A DNA stretch of 64,000 nucleotides from an uncultured Deinococcaceae bacterium (GTDB lineage Bacteria > Deinococcota > Deinococci > Deinococcales > Deinococcaceae), in contig CAXULY010000020.1 of assembly GCA_964252075.1 (NCBI GenBank), positions 1 through 64,000 of the forward strand, given 5' to 3'. The notes under the pieces were generated by a model. It was not told the origin of the DNA, ran no database searches, and saw nothing but the letters and a program-made list of their open reading frames with translations. Of the stretch, positions 52,702-63,746 are shown one piece after another; positions within the stretch are counted from its first letter, which is position 1, and each line of letters starts with the position of its first letter. The translations under genes were made by a program, and so were the position numbers.

Positions 52702-54723
52702 ATGAACCGGAATCTGATTGGTACCGCCCTGATGCTGAGCCTTGGCCTCGCCGCCTGCAGCGCACCCACCCCCACCCCGACGCCCAGTCCCGTGGGGGCG
52801 CCCGTGCCCGCCACCGACTTTGACTTCAGCGTCACGCCCACCTCCGTCGCCGTGCAGGCCCAGGGCGCGGCTGAACTGAGCGCCGCGCTGACCCGCCGTG
52901 GTGGCTTCGCCGACCCCGTGACGCTCACCCTCCTCAATCCGCCCGCCGGCCTGAGTGCAGCGGCCGTCACGGTCCCGGCGGGGGCCAGCGCCGCCACCCT
53001 CACCCTGAAGGCCAGCAGCGCCAGCGTGCCGGGCGAGGACACCCTGACGTTCGCCGCGGACTCGGGCGGCCTCCACAAAACCGTGCAGGTGAAGGTCAAC
53101 GTGGCCGCCGCGCCCGTGCCCGCCGATCAGGCCGCCCTCACCCTGGTCGCCACGCACGGCAGCCTCACGCTGAAGACGGGCCAACCCACCCCCCTCGACG
53201 TGAAAGTGACGCGCAGCCACTTCACGGGACCGGTGACGCTGCATCTGGACCACCTCCCTGCCAACGTCACGGCAGCGGACGTCGTGCTGGACGCAGGGCA
53301 GGACAGCGGCCAGCTGATCCTCACGCAGACCGGCAAGGGTGTTGCGGGCACCAGCACCATTCGCGTGCAGGCCACCGCTGGCGTCGTCAGCGCGCAGCTG
53401 AACGTCCCCCTGACCGTTCAGAGCGTCGCGAACCCCCTGACCGTCGTGGGCACCTCACCCGTCGACGGCGCGCAGGGCGTGCCCTCCGATGCGGTCGTGG
53501 AGGCGCAGTTCTCGCGCGTTCTTCAGGAGGTCGAGGGGCAGGCGCAGACCGTCAGTGTGACCCCAGCCGTGGACAAGCTGCACTGTTTCGTCAAGCGTGA
53601 CGCCGCGAATGCGCCGATGGACAGCCTGCAGTGCCAGGGGGCGTTCGTGCCCGACACCACCTACACCGTCACGCTCGGCAGCGGGATCAAAGCGGCGGAC
53701 GGCGCGCCACTCGCCCAGCCGCACACCTTCAGCTTCCACACGGCGCTGGTCTTCACCGTACCGCCGTTCGGGGACCTCACGCCGCCCACAGTCACCGATT
53801 TCACGCCGGTGAACGGCCGTGTGGGCGTGGAGCACGGTCCGCTGAGCATCACCGTGAACTTCAGTGAGCCGATGAACCGGGCGGCGACGCAGAACGCCTT
53901 TCAGCTGGTCGTGCCGAACGTGACGGACAGCCAGAAGGGCTTCAGCTGGAACGCCTCCAGCACGGTCATGACCATGACGTACAAGGAGGTCCTGCCGTAC
54001 GGCACCACCGTGATCTGGGGCATGAGTAACGCCGCCACGGACCTGGCGGGCAACCCGCTGGCGCAGGCCCTCAACGTGGGGGGCACCTACCGCCTGATGC
54101 GACAGAACACCATGAAACTGTACGGCAACAAAACCCTGAGTTTCGAGATCTCTCACCAACCGGGCGACGACGAGCTGTTGGCGCACACGGTGGGCGAATA
54201 CCCCACACAAATTGGAAGGGCGCGCCTGGTCGACTTCTCAAGGTACTGGTACATGCGAGCCTTCCTTCAGTTCCCGCTGGGCGACCTGCTGGGCAGCCTT
54301 CCTTTGGGGGGCAAAATCACCAAAATCAACTCCGCGGTCCTCAACATTTATACAGCGGGCAATACCGGCAACCCGGGACTCCTCGGGCAAATGAACGCCG
54401 TGAACATCGCCACTCCATTCTTGGTTCAGGCGGGCGCCCTATGGAACGCGCCAGAGGCGAACTCGGGGCAGACCCTGCGGCACGTCTACCAAACGCCGGG
54501 ACCCGCCATCGGCTACCACACGCTCGACATCACCGTGCCATTCAGCAACAACCTCAAGAACCCTGATGCCTCAGGGGGCATGTCACAGTGGCGCATCCAG
54601 CGGGAATTTGATGACAACCCGTTGAACAGCAACTTCAACCCCAACAGCACTGAGATCGGTGATCCTTCGGACAAAGACGTCAACAAGCGGCCCTTCATTC
54701 AGGTGACGTACGAATACCCCTGA
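52702..54723 (+). CDS. Ig-like (Big_5) domain lipoprotein with DNRLRE-like C-terminal domain
   Basis: LAAC lipobox; TSPVDGAQGV..FS and DLTPPTV..TPVNG..VNFSEPMN..ATDLAGNPL Big_5 repeats; RAFLQF...INSAVLNIY...RPFIQVTY tail; SD AAGGAG. Confidence 0.88.
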   Translation: MNRNLIGTALMLSLGLAACSAPTPTPTPSPVGAPVPATDFDFSVTPTSVAVQAQGAAELSAALTRRGGFADPVTLTLLNPPAGLSAAAVTVPAGASAATLTLKASSASVPGEDTLTFAADSGGLHKTVQVKVNVAAAPVPADQAALTLVATHGSLTLKTGQPTPLDVKVTRSHFTGPVTLHLDHLPANVTAADVVLDAGQDSGQLILTQTGKGVAGTSTIRVQATAGVVSAQLNVPLTVQSVANPLTVVGTSPVDGAQGVPSDAVVEAQFSRVLQEVEGQAQTVSVTPAVDKLHCFVKRDAANAPMDSLQCQGAFVPDTTYTVTLGSGIKAADGAPLAQPHTFSFHTALVFTVPPFGDLTPPTVTDFTPVNGRVGVEHGPLSITVNFSEPMNRAATQNAFQLVVPNVTDSQKGFSWNASSTVMTMTYKEVLPYGTTVIWGMSNAATDLAGNPLAQALNVGGTYRLMRQNTMKLYGNKTLSFEISHQPGDDELLAHTVGEYPTQIGRARLVDFSRYWYMRAFLQFPLGDLLGSLPLGGKITKINSAVLNIYTAGNTGNPGLLGQMNAVNIATPFLVQAGALWNAPEANSGQTLRHVYQTPGPAIGYHTLDITVPFSNNLKNPDASGGMSQWRIQREFDDNPLNSNFNPNSTEIGDPSDKDVNKRPFIQVTYEYP

Positions 54724-55561
54724 GCGCACCGCTTGAGCGCTGCCCATCGTGAGGAAAAGGGCGGTGAACGAGGGAACGAAGGGGCCTGCTGATGGTCTTC
54801 GTGCTGGGTGCGACGGGACCTCGCGCCTGCCCAGCCATCCGTGAGCACCACAGTTGTCCAGAGGAAGGCGCGGGGAGAACCAATCCGCGTGCTGGATGAC
54901 CGGAATGGGGCATCGGTGGCCGGGAGCGCGGCTGCGCTTCTCCCAGATCGGTCAGGTCATCGACATCGGCCAGCCAGGGGTTGAACCTCCACCGCCTGTT
55001 CGCCGTGCGGCCCCGACACCCGAACGTCGCCTGTGACGGCAAGGACGCGGACGACCCAGCCTTGAACCCCGGGACGCGCTCCTGGCGTCCCGGGGCACTC
55101 AGCGGCGCAGGGGACGAAAGAACGACCCGAGGCTGTGTGCTCACGGTGGGGCAGTGGCTTGAGCGGCTTTGACCGCCCTCCATCGCCATAACCTCTCCGA
55201 ACGCCAGTGGTCCCAACTCCAGCCACTCCTTCCAGCCTGCTCAGACGGACGGGCTCGCCGCGTTCTCGGCCTTCCGGCGGCAGGCAAAGGCCCACCTGCG
55301 CCGCGCTCAGGCCGCCCAGCGGTTCGCCACCGGCCTTGACGGGACCCAGGAGGGGCTCGACGTGCTCGTCTGCACACCCGTCCGGCCGCCCCTGGTCCTT
55401 CACTGACCCCCTCCCCTCCCCGACCCGTCTCCGCTTCGCGTGCGGATGGTGTGGCGCCCCCAACGCACTGAAGCATGAAGCAGCCCGGGTCCCCGTGGCG
55501 ACTCCATCAAGACGCTGCGGTGACCAAAGCGCTCGTGGCGCGCACTGACATCAGCAGCCCG

Positions 55562-56113
55562 TCACGCCTCGCCGGTCCGAGCTGACCGGCGCAGGCGGTC
55601 CAGGGCGCGCTCTGCCGTCGCTGCGACCCGCGCGTCCTCATCGTTCAGCGTGACCGTGAGGGAGTCCAGGATGAGGTCGCTGGGTTCAGACCGTGCGAGC
55701 GCCCGCGCGGCGGCGTCCCGCACCCGCCACTGTTCATCCTGCAGCGCACGCAGCACCAGGGCCGTGTCCGTCGGTCGACCCGCAAGGGCACGCACACAGA
55801 TCATCCGCACGCGCCACATGGGCGCGTGCATCTCGGCGCGGAGAAACGCAAAGCGCCGTTCATCGGGCAGGCTGGCGATGGCGTGCGCCGCACGGATCTG
55901 GCCCCAGGGGTTCAATGTGACAGCATAGGCGTCTTGCAGCACCTCCAGCACCTGCGGTTCGGCGCACCCTTCCAGTGCGTTGATGGACCGCACCAGCGCG
56001 CTCAAGACCTCCTTGGGTGCGTGTCCTGATGCTTCCAGCGCCAGAGCCGCCCGTACAGCCGCCACCCGTTGGGGGTAGGTGCCAGGCGGTAGAGCGGTCG
56101 GCCGCCGTTTCAT
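55562..56113 (-). CDS. HEAT repeat protein
   Basis: ALQDEQWRVRDAAARAL, LNDEDARVAATAERAL; leaderless TAAGGT-N6-ATG. Confidence 0.85.
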   Translation of the reverse strand: MKRRPTALPPGTYPQRVAAVRAALALEASGHAPKEVLSALVRSINALEGCAEPQVLEVLQDAYAVTLNPWGQIRAAHAIASLPDERRFAFLRAEMHAPMWRVRMICVRALAGRPTDTALVLRALQDEQWRVRDAAARALARSEPSDLILDSLTVTLNDEDARVAATAERALDRLRRSARTGEA

Positions 56114-56576
56114 GCCGTCACCTTAACGCACGGACCCATCCGTCGAGGACCAGCCCGCGGTGATCTGCACCAAGATGCCGGGTGGGTTTCGCGTGTGCGC
56201 AGTGCACGGTCTGATGGGCGTCGATCACGCACCTCCCGTGAGGGTGGGGCAGCCCACCCCCACACGTGTACAACCACATCCATCCCGAGCAGGACCCGCT
56301 GGACGCCCACGGCGCCAGCGTGCTGTGCGGCGCGGACCGTCCGCTTGCGGCCAGCGTTGACGGCGAAGCGTTCTGTCGAACCACCGGACTCTGGCCGCAG
56401 CACCCGCAGCAGACTGCCACGCGCAGCTGTTGACGCAACACCCACCACCTCACGTGGAGTGGGGCGGGAAGGACGGCGCACGCCGACCAGCGGTGGGTGG
56501 CGTACGCGCCCAGGGCCGCGCCCACGAAGAATCCCAGCCACAGCCCCACCTGCAGCCAGAGCCCGATGCTTCCTCA

Positions 56577-57721
<1,145 letters not shown>

Positions 57722-57848
57722 GTCTACACTCCTCGTCCTGCAGCGCAGGCACAGGGGAAACGCAGGTGGGCGGTCGCGGATGGAGCCGAGGCGGTCAGCA
57801 TGGAGATTGGCCGCTGCTGCGTCATTGGAAGCGCGTCAGCGTCCGGGC

Positions 57849-58364
57849 TCAACCTGAAGCGTCTGTCCCTGATGATTGGCGGGAGAGCAGTCGGACCAGG
57901 TTGTCCAGCTCGTTCTCACGGCCCACGATGAGCCGCTGTGTCCACTCCTCGTCGTGCATCGGCTCCATCACCTCCACAATGCGGGTGCCGGATGGCGTCG
58001 CCTGGAACTCGATGGTGGTGTCGGCCTCGTATGGAGCGTGGCCAGGCACGAAATCGAACACAGAGGCATACTTCAACCGGTGCGGCGCGTCCACTTCAAG
58101 GAAACGTTTGCGGGATGCGTTCGCCAGCGGCATCCCGGAGTCCTGCATGAAGGCGATCTGTGCAGGCGCGGTGGCGGTCATGGTGTACCACAGGTCGCCG
58201 CCCGGGTGTACATCCAGTTTCTGGACGGTGACGGTGAACCCCTCAGGGGCCCACCACGACGCGATGCCTGCTGCGGTGGTCCAGAGGTCCCAGACCTGCT
58301 GTGGGGTTGCGCCCACCGTGCGCTCCAGGGTGATCAAGGGTGCTCGCGGGTGTGGGTCGTTCAT
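57849..58364 (-). CDS. SRPBCC/AHA1 domain protein
   Basis: ITLERT..ATPQQVWDLWTT..GIASWWAPEGF...LDVHPGG; SD GGAGG. Confidence 0.9.
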   Translation of the reverse strand: MNDPHPRAPLITLERTVGATPQQVWDLWTTAAGIASWWAPEGFTVTVQKLDVHPGGDLWYTMTATAPAQIAFMQDSGMPLANASRKRFLEVDAPHRLKYASVFDFVPGHAPYEADTTIEFQATPSGTRIVEVMEPMHDEEWTQRLIVGRENELDNLVRLLSRQSSGTDASG

Positions 58365-58808
58365 GCGTGTCCTCCAAAACAGACGCGAGGGTGGTTGGTG
58401 TTCGGGTCGGGGTGGACGAGGTCCGGTTGGACCGCTGCTCAATAGAAGACCACCACCTGCGCGCCTTGGCCCGGTCAGGCGAGCGACGCCGCGCTGAACG
58501 GCTTGCGGCTGAGCCCCGTGTTCATGGCGGTGCAGTGGTCGTTCCAAAGCGGGACTCATGACCGCGAATGTCCCCATGCGGCTTGGGCAGCCAGCGCTCA
58601 AGGGTCGCCCCGCACTTGTCCGCGCGAGAATCGAAGATCAACCTGGCTGTGGTCCGCGATGATGCTGAGGGAAGGCCGGCGCAAAGGGCTGAAGCAGCCG
58701 AACCCCTTGTCCCACTGGGCCGCCCACGTGCGTCTGCAGGCGCAAGGGTGCGGCAGAGATGCGCGGCTTCACCGTCCCAAAGAGGGCGCTCAAGTGGGTG
58801 CTGAGCCC

Positions 58809-59393
58809 TCATTTCACCATTCGGTACCGCAGGTGGATGGCGCTGGGGGTGTCCAGCACCTGAACGGTCTCCAGGGGGATGTGATTCCGTTCGAGGTGAT
58901 CGAACAGCCGCGTGCCGGCCCCAAGGAGCACCGGCACCAGTTGCAGCTGAATGTCGTCCACCAGGCCCGCCTGGAGGTACTGCTGGCCGATGTTGGCACC
59001 GCCCATGATGCTGATCTCTTTGCTGCCCGCCGCCATCCGCGCCTGCCTCAGGGCCTCCTCGATGCCACCGGTCACGAAGGTGTACACCCCGCCTTCCGGG
59101 CGTGTGTCCGGCGCGCGGTGCGTGACGACAAAGACGGGCCTGCGCGCGGCACCGGTGGGGCCGTCCGCGCCCCATCCGGGCAGTGAGGTGTCGTACGTCC
59201 TGCGTCCACAGATGACCGACCCCAACCGGTCAATGGATTCCGTCAGGAACCGACGGTTGATGCCCTGTTCACCGCCTTGGATCCACTGGTGAAGCACCAG
59301 TCCGTCGTCGCCCATCGGCGCCTCAGGGCGGGGGTTGGCGCCCGAGATGAAGCCGTCCAGCGACATGGACATCACCAAAATCACTCCAGCCAT
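58809..59393 (-). CDS. Dihydrofolate reductase-like (RibD C-terminal) protein
   Basis: MSMSLDGFI, GRRTYD, PVFVVTH, MGGANI, PVLLGAGTRLF; SD GAGGAGG. Confidence 0.92.
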   Translation of the reverse strand: MAGVILVMSMSLDGFISGANPRPEAPMGDDGLVLHQWIQGGEQGINRRFLTESIDRLGSVICGRRTYDTSLPGWGADGPTGAARRPVFVVTHRAPDTRPEGGVYTFVTGGIEEALRQARMAAGSKEISIMGGANIGQQYLQAGLVDDIQLQLVPVLLGAGTRLFDHLERNHIPLETVQVLDTPSAIHLRYRMVK

Positions 59394-59588
59394 CGTCCGT
59401 TCCTCCTCGAATTGTTCATCTGCCGACCGGCCCAAATCGGTTGAAGGCGTCCGCAGCACCATGGACTGGTACCCTTTGTCCTCATATGGCACACCTGACC
59501 CCCTGGCCCACTTGTCCAGTGGCGCCTTGCTTTCAACGTCCTGTTCTAGGGTGGTACACGACCCCGCACGGGCAGGCAGCGCAGGACC

Positions 59589-59620
59589 ACGGTAGAACCT
59601 TGACGCTGGGTGAAGGTCAA
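59589..59620 (-). promoter_or_regulatory. MerR-type promoter with long spacer and dyad
   Basis: Minus strand TTGACC-N20-TACCGT with the dyad ACCTTCAC-N5-GTCAAGGT spanning the -35 end and spacer; immediately downstream of the MerR gene. Confidence 0.75.
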
Positions 59621-59658
59621 GTGCGGGCGTTCCCCGCCCATCCAGGGTGGTCGCGACG

Positions 59659-60486
59659 TCAGGCCAGGTAGAACTGCACCTCGGTTCTGAACTGCTCGGG
59701 CTCATGACTCTGGGGCGGTCCAAAGGTGTAGATCTCGCGGGTCCGCCCTCCGTGCTGAAGTCCCTGACCCACCAACCACCCCGCGATCTTCCGGTACACC
59801 TGGAAGAGTGGCTGGTACGGACCGGTGTGCACCGCGTAGGCGACCGTTCCGGCCGGGAGGACCCGCGACGGAACGTGGTGGTGCTCGAGGACCGCCGCCA
59901 CCGGCACGCACACGTCGAACGCCCACCGTGCCGTCAGATCAATCTCCTCGTCCGGCGCGTATTGCCCATCGCTGACGCTGGCGCTGAATCCTGGCCCGGT
60001 GGCGGCGAGGCCCAGACGGTGAAGCGCGCCGGACAGCTCATCGAACGCATGCGCGCGCACGGCCTCGATCTGCGAAATGGCTGTGCACCGCCGCAGGGAG
60101 AGGACCGGCTGTTCAGGAACGGCCTTAAGCGCCACTGGATAGGCGTCAATGTCACGGACGTGCAGGGTCGTGAGGGTCTCCAGGGCGGCTTGCGACGCGC
60201 GCATTTGCGCCTCGATGCGCCGGCGGTGCTGCAGGAGCGCGCGGTGCTCGGTCGCGGCCTGGGCGTGGTCCAGCACGAGGCGGATCTCGTCGAGTGGGAG
60301 GCCGACGCTGCGCAGGAGGCGGATGCGTTCGGCCAGGCGGGCCTGCTCCAGGGCGTAGTAGCGGTAGCCGGTCTCGCTGCTGATCACCTCCGGGCGCAGG
60401 AGGCCCTCACGGGCGTAGAGGCGAAGGGCGCGGGGGGTCAGGCCCGTGAGGCGCGCGAACACCCCGATGGTCAGGCGCTGAGGCAT
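59659..60486 (-). CDS. MerR family regulator with GyrI-like effector domain (BmrR-like)
   Basis: LTIGVFARLTGLTPRALRLY..EGLLRP...TGYRYY; HTGPY..L, REIY. Confidence 0.92.
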   Translation of the reverse strand: MPQRLTIGVFARLTGLTPRALRLYAREGLLRPEVISSETGYRYYALEQARLAERIRLLRSVGLPLDEIRLVLDHAQAATEHRALLQHRRRIEAQMRASQAALETLTTLHVRDIDAYPVALKAVPEQPVLSLRRCTAISQIEAVRAHAFDELSGALHRLGLAATGPGFSASVSDGQYAPDEEIDLTARWAFDVCVPVAAVLEHHHVPSRVLPAGTVAYAVHTGPYQPLFQVYRKIAGWLVGQGLQHGGRTREIYTFGPPQSHEPEQFRTEVQFYLA

Positions 60487-60851
60487 CGTGGCGTCCTCGT
60501 CATCGGCCTCCCGGGTCCTGAGGGGCGGCGCCTCGGATGAAGGTTCGGGCGGGCGAACCGTTCAGCCCGGCACAGGAGCCGTACGGACCTAGTTCTTTGG
60601 CGGTCCGATTTCGTCGCATCAAGGATTCCTTTCAGTAGGCGCCCGGCATGGCAGGCGATGAAGGCCGGCCCGATCGAGCGGTGGGGCGACTACCCTGCAC
60701 GTCCGGCCAAATGTAGGGGCATTCCGGCACCCATCATGATGCTGTCCCTGACGCGAAGGTCCCCCAGGCCTCGTCGAGTTGTGGTGGCCCCTGGCACAGC
60801 GAACGGCAAACCGCGCGAGCTGCCACTTCCGACAGAACGGCCTGCCAGGCC

Positions 60852-61286
60852 TTATGGGCGGAGGGTGCGGAACACGTCACGGATCCTGCGCTGGCTGAGG
60901 AGCAGCGCGACGCCCAGCACCAGCACGCCGACGAGCCCCTGCTCCCACTTCATCCACAGCGGGTACCCGGTGTCCGGCGCGATGATGATCAGCACGATGC
61001 CGATCGGAATGATGAGGCTCAGGACCCTCAAGCGGCGGTAGGCGCCGCGGTGCCCGCGCTGGGCCTGCCCAAGCAGCGTGGGGAACCATAGGGACGCGGC
61101 GGCCACCGCAGCACCGCGCAGCCACACCACCCAGTTCACCTCGCGGGCGTCACCGCGCAGCAGGAAGGCCGCGATGAGGGTGGCGACCGACAGCGCGGTG
61201 AGGGCGATGAGCAGCATGCGCGCGGTCCGGAAGCGGTGCTGCACGTCCGGCTGTGACAGGGCCGTGGGGGTGGTGGGCTGGCTCAT
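60852..61286 (-). CDS. Four-TM membrane protein
   Basis: Four hydrophobic segments; ATGA overlap with the TetR gene. Confidence 0.8.
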   Translation of the reverse strand: MSQPTTPTALSQPDVQHRFRTARMLLIALTALSVATLIAAFLLRGDAREVNWVVWLRGAAVAAASLWFPTLLGQAQRGHRGAYRRLRVLSLIIPIGIVLIIIAPDTGYPLWMKWEQGLVGVLVLGVALLLSQRRIRDVFRTLRP

Positions 61287-61906
61287 GCTTCACCTTTCTG
61301 GACTCGGGTGGCGCGGTCGAAGAGCGCGACGAGTTCCTCGGCGTGGGCGTTCAAGTCGAGGTGTGGTTCGTGGGCCATGCGGGCGACGGTGGCATCGATG
61401 GCGGCGCGGACGGTGAAGGCCATCACGGTGGGATCGAAGTGGCCGAATTCGCCGTGCGCCTGTCCCTGTCTAAAGAGTTGGGCGAGGAGGTCCTCGGTGT
61501 GCTGAGCGCTGGCGGTGCCCGTCCAGTCCTCGTGCGGCTGCGTGAGGATTTCCTGCAGGGCGCGGGTGGCGGCGGGGTGCTCGGCGAGGAAGCGCAGGTT
61601 GGCGCGGATGTACGCCGCGAGTTGGCCGCGCAGGGTGGATTCGGCGTGGATGAGCGGGCCCATGTAAGCGCCGGCCTGCTCGATGACGTGCTTGAGGATG
61701 CTTGTCATCAGGTCCTGCTTGCCGGCGAAGTGGTAGGAGATGAGGCGGGTGCTGCTGAGGCGCGCCTGCTCGCGGATGCGCGCGAAGCTTGTGCCGCCGT
61801 AGCCGTGTTCGGCGAGGACCTGGATGGCGGTGTGCATGATCTGCGCCCGTCGCGCGGCGTTGGTGACGGTGGGGTCCGGGGGCGTCACCGCATTCTTTAC
61901 TCGCAC
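61283..61906 (-). CDS. TetR family regulator
   Basis: ARRAQIMHTAIQVLAEHGYGGTSFARI...LISYHFAGK. Confidence 0.92.
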   Translation of the reverse strand: MRVKNAVTPPDPTVTNAARRAQIMHTAIQVLAEHGYGGTSFARIREQARLSSTRLISYHFAGKQDLMTSILKHVIEQAGAYMGPLIHAESTLRGQLAAYIRANLRFLAEHPAATRALQEILTQPHEDWTGTASAQHTEDLLAQLFRQGQAHGEFGHFDPTVMAFTVRAAIDATVARMAHEPHLDLNAHAEELVALFDRATRVQKGEA

Positions 61907-61942
61907 AAGTCATAAATTACTCGTTTAGGTAATTCTTGTCAA
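61897..61942 (-). promoter_or_regulatory. Promoter and operator of the tetR operon
   Basis: Minus strand TTGACA-N17-TAATTT-N7-GTG; repeated TTACTCG half-sites and an AATTAC..GTAATT dyad. Confidence 0.7.
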
Positions 61943-62003
61943 TCAGGTCGGCGGCCGGTGAAGGCCAGCTCCACCCATGATCCCTCTCGGGCTCCCTGCT
62001 CCT

Positions 62004-63593
62004 TTACGGCAGCGAAACGAAGTCAACCGGCGTCGAGTCGCGACCGACCGGCGCCCCAAACCACCGCGTCAGGGCCTCGGCGAGCCCAGCGTGGGACCCG
62101 TCCCCCACCCACGCGACGTACCCATCCGGGCGCACCAGCACGGCGCTCGGGGCCTCGACCCGGCCGACGACCGGCAGCGCCCACGGTCCGGGGCACCGCG
62201 CGTGGACCAGCCGAACCCGCTCCCCCCACGGAGAGACATCCACGCCCATCACGCCCTCAAGGTTCAGCAGGACCGGCCGCGCGTCGTGCAGCAGCGTGAA
62301 GACCCGCAGCGGCCCGCCTGCCGTGACGAGCTCGAGGTCCGGCATGCGGCGGCCCAGCAGCGGGTGCCCCTCACCCAGGTCGTATCGAATCGCCAGTCCG
62401 GACAGCTCGGCGCCCAGGTATCGGCGCCCCTCATTCAGGGTGAGCAGGTCCGCCACGGTCTCCTGGACGGCCTTCGTCCGCTCGTCCGGGCGGGCCAGCG
62501 CCACCATCGCCATGGTGTGGCGCAGGGCGCGCGCCGCCACCCGGTGGCGCTCCGCCTGATAGGTGTCCAGCAGCCGTTCGGGCGATGTCCCCTTCACCAC
62601 CTGGGCAAGCTTCCAGCCCAGGTTCACCGCGTCCTGCACGCCCAGGTTGAGGCCCTGCCCGCCGTTCGGCGCGTGCACGTGCGCCGCGTCGCCCGCCAGC
62701 AGCACCCGCCCCTGGCGGTACGCCGCGGCCTGCCGGGTGGCGTCCGTGAACCTCGAGATCCAGGTGGGGCTGTGCACGCCGTAATCCGTCCCGCAGGCCG
62801 CGACGAGCGCCTCGCGAAGGTCGTCCAGGGTGGGTTCGCCGGCCGTCTTCACGTGCGGCTCGGTGACCATCACCCCGATCGGTCCCTCGTCCCTGAACAC
62901 CACCTTCCCATCCCGGATGTCGTACCCCTCGCGACCGAAGGCGTGCGTGCCGAAGGCGTTGCGGTGCACGCCCAGTTCCGGCGTTTCGGTCATCTCGACG
63001 TCCGCGATGAGGCTGCTGCTGGTGGCGTCCCAGCCGGGGAAGTCGATGCCCGCCACCTTGCGCACGAGGCTGCGGCCCCCGTCGCAGCCCACCAGGTACC
63101 GCGCGCGCAGCGTCTGCCCGCTGGTCAACTCGACGTCCACGCCCGCGTCGTCCTGAACGAAGCCTGTCACCTCCGCGCCGTGGTGGATCGGGACGACCAG
63201 CTCGTGGACCCAGGCGGCGAGGAGGCGCTCAATGTGCTTCTGCCGGAGTCCGAGGCCGTACGGGTGCCGGGTGGGGACGTCGCTCAGGTCGAGCCGCACG
63301 CCCGCGAAGCCAGTGTTCTGCACCACCTGCCCTTCCGCGAGGAAGCGGTCCGCGAGGCCGCGCTGATCGAGCACCTCGAGGGTGCGCGCGTGCAGCCCGC
63401 CGGCGCGGTGCCCCAGGAGGGTCTGGTCCGCACGCCGCTCGATGATCGCCACGTCCACGCCCGCCAGCGCCAGTTCCCCCGCCAGCATCAGTCCGGTGGG
63501 GCCGCCGCCCGCGATGATCACCGCGTGGCCGGTCACGGCCGTCCCCCGGTGCCCGGTGCTGGGCGTTCGTCCGCTTGCACCTGTGGATTCCAT
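62004..63593 (-). CDS. FAD-dependent aromatic monooxygenase (PgaE/Rox-like family)
   Basis: IAGGGPTGLMLAGEL, YLVGCDGGRS, VLLAGDAAHVHAPNGGQGLNLGVQDAVNLGWKL, LVRPDGYVAW. Confidence 0.92.
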   Translation of the reverse strand: MESTGASGRTPSTGHRGTAVTGHAVIIAGGGPTGLMLAGELALAGVDVAIIERRADQTLLGHRAGGLHARTLEVLDQRGLADRFLAEGQVVQNTGFAGVRLDLSDVPTRHPYGLGLRQKHIERLLAAWVHELVVPIHHGAEVTGFVQDDAGVDVELTSGQTLRARYLVGCDGGRSLVRKVAGIDFPGWDATSSSLIADVEMTETPELGVHRNAFGTHAFGREGYDIRDGKVVFRDEGPIGVMVTEPHVKTAGEPTLDDLREALVAACGTDYGVHSPTWISRFTDATRQAAAYRQGRVLLAGDAAHVHAPNGGQGLNLGVQDAVNLGWKLAQVVKGTSPERLLDTYQAERHRVAARALRHTMAMVALARPDERTKAVQETVADLLTLNEGRRYLGAELSGLAIRYDLGEGHPLLGRRMPDLELVTAGGPLRVFTLLHDARPVLLNLEGVMGVDVSPWGERVRLVHARCPGPWALPVVGRVEAPSAVLVRPDGYVAWVGDGSHAGLAEALTRWFGAPVGRDSTPVDFVSLP

Positions 63594-63746
63594 CCGAATG
63601 TCCTGGTCGATGAGCGACCTCCGCTTCCGTGGTAGGGCGCTCAGGCAGCCGTTCTGCCTGAGGACAGCGAGTGTACGCGGCGCCCCCCGCCTTGCGACAA
63701 GCCCCCCGACCGGCACTACACTATGGGTGGGGGGATGCCGCTCGCA

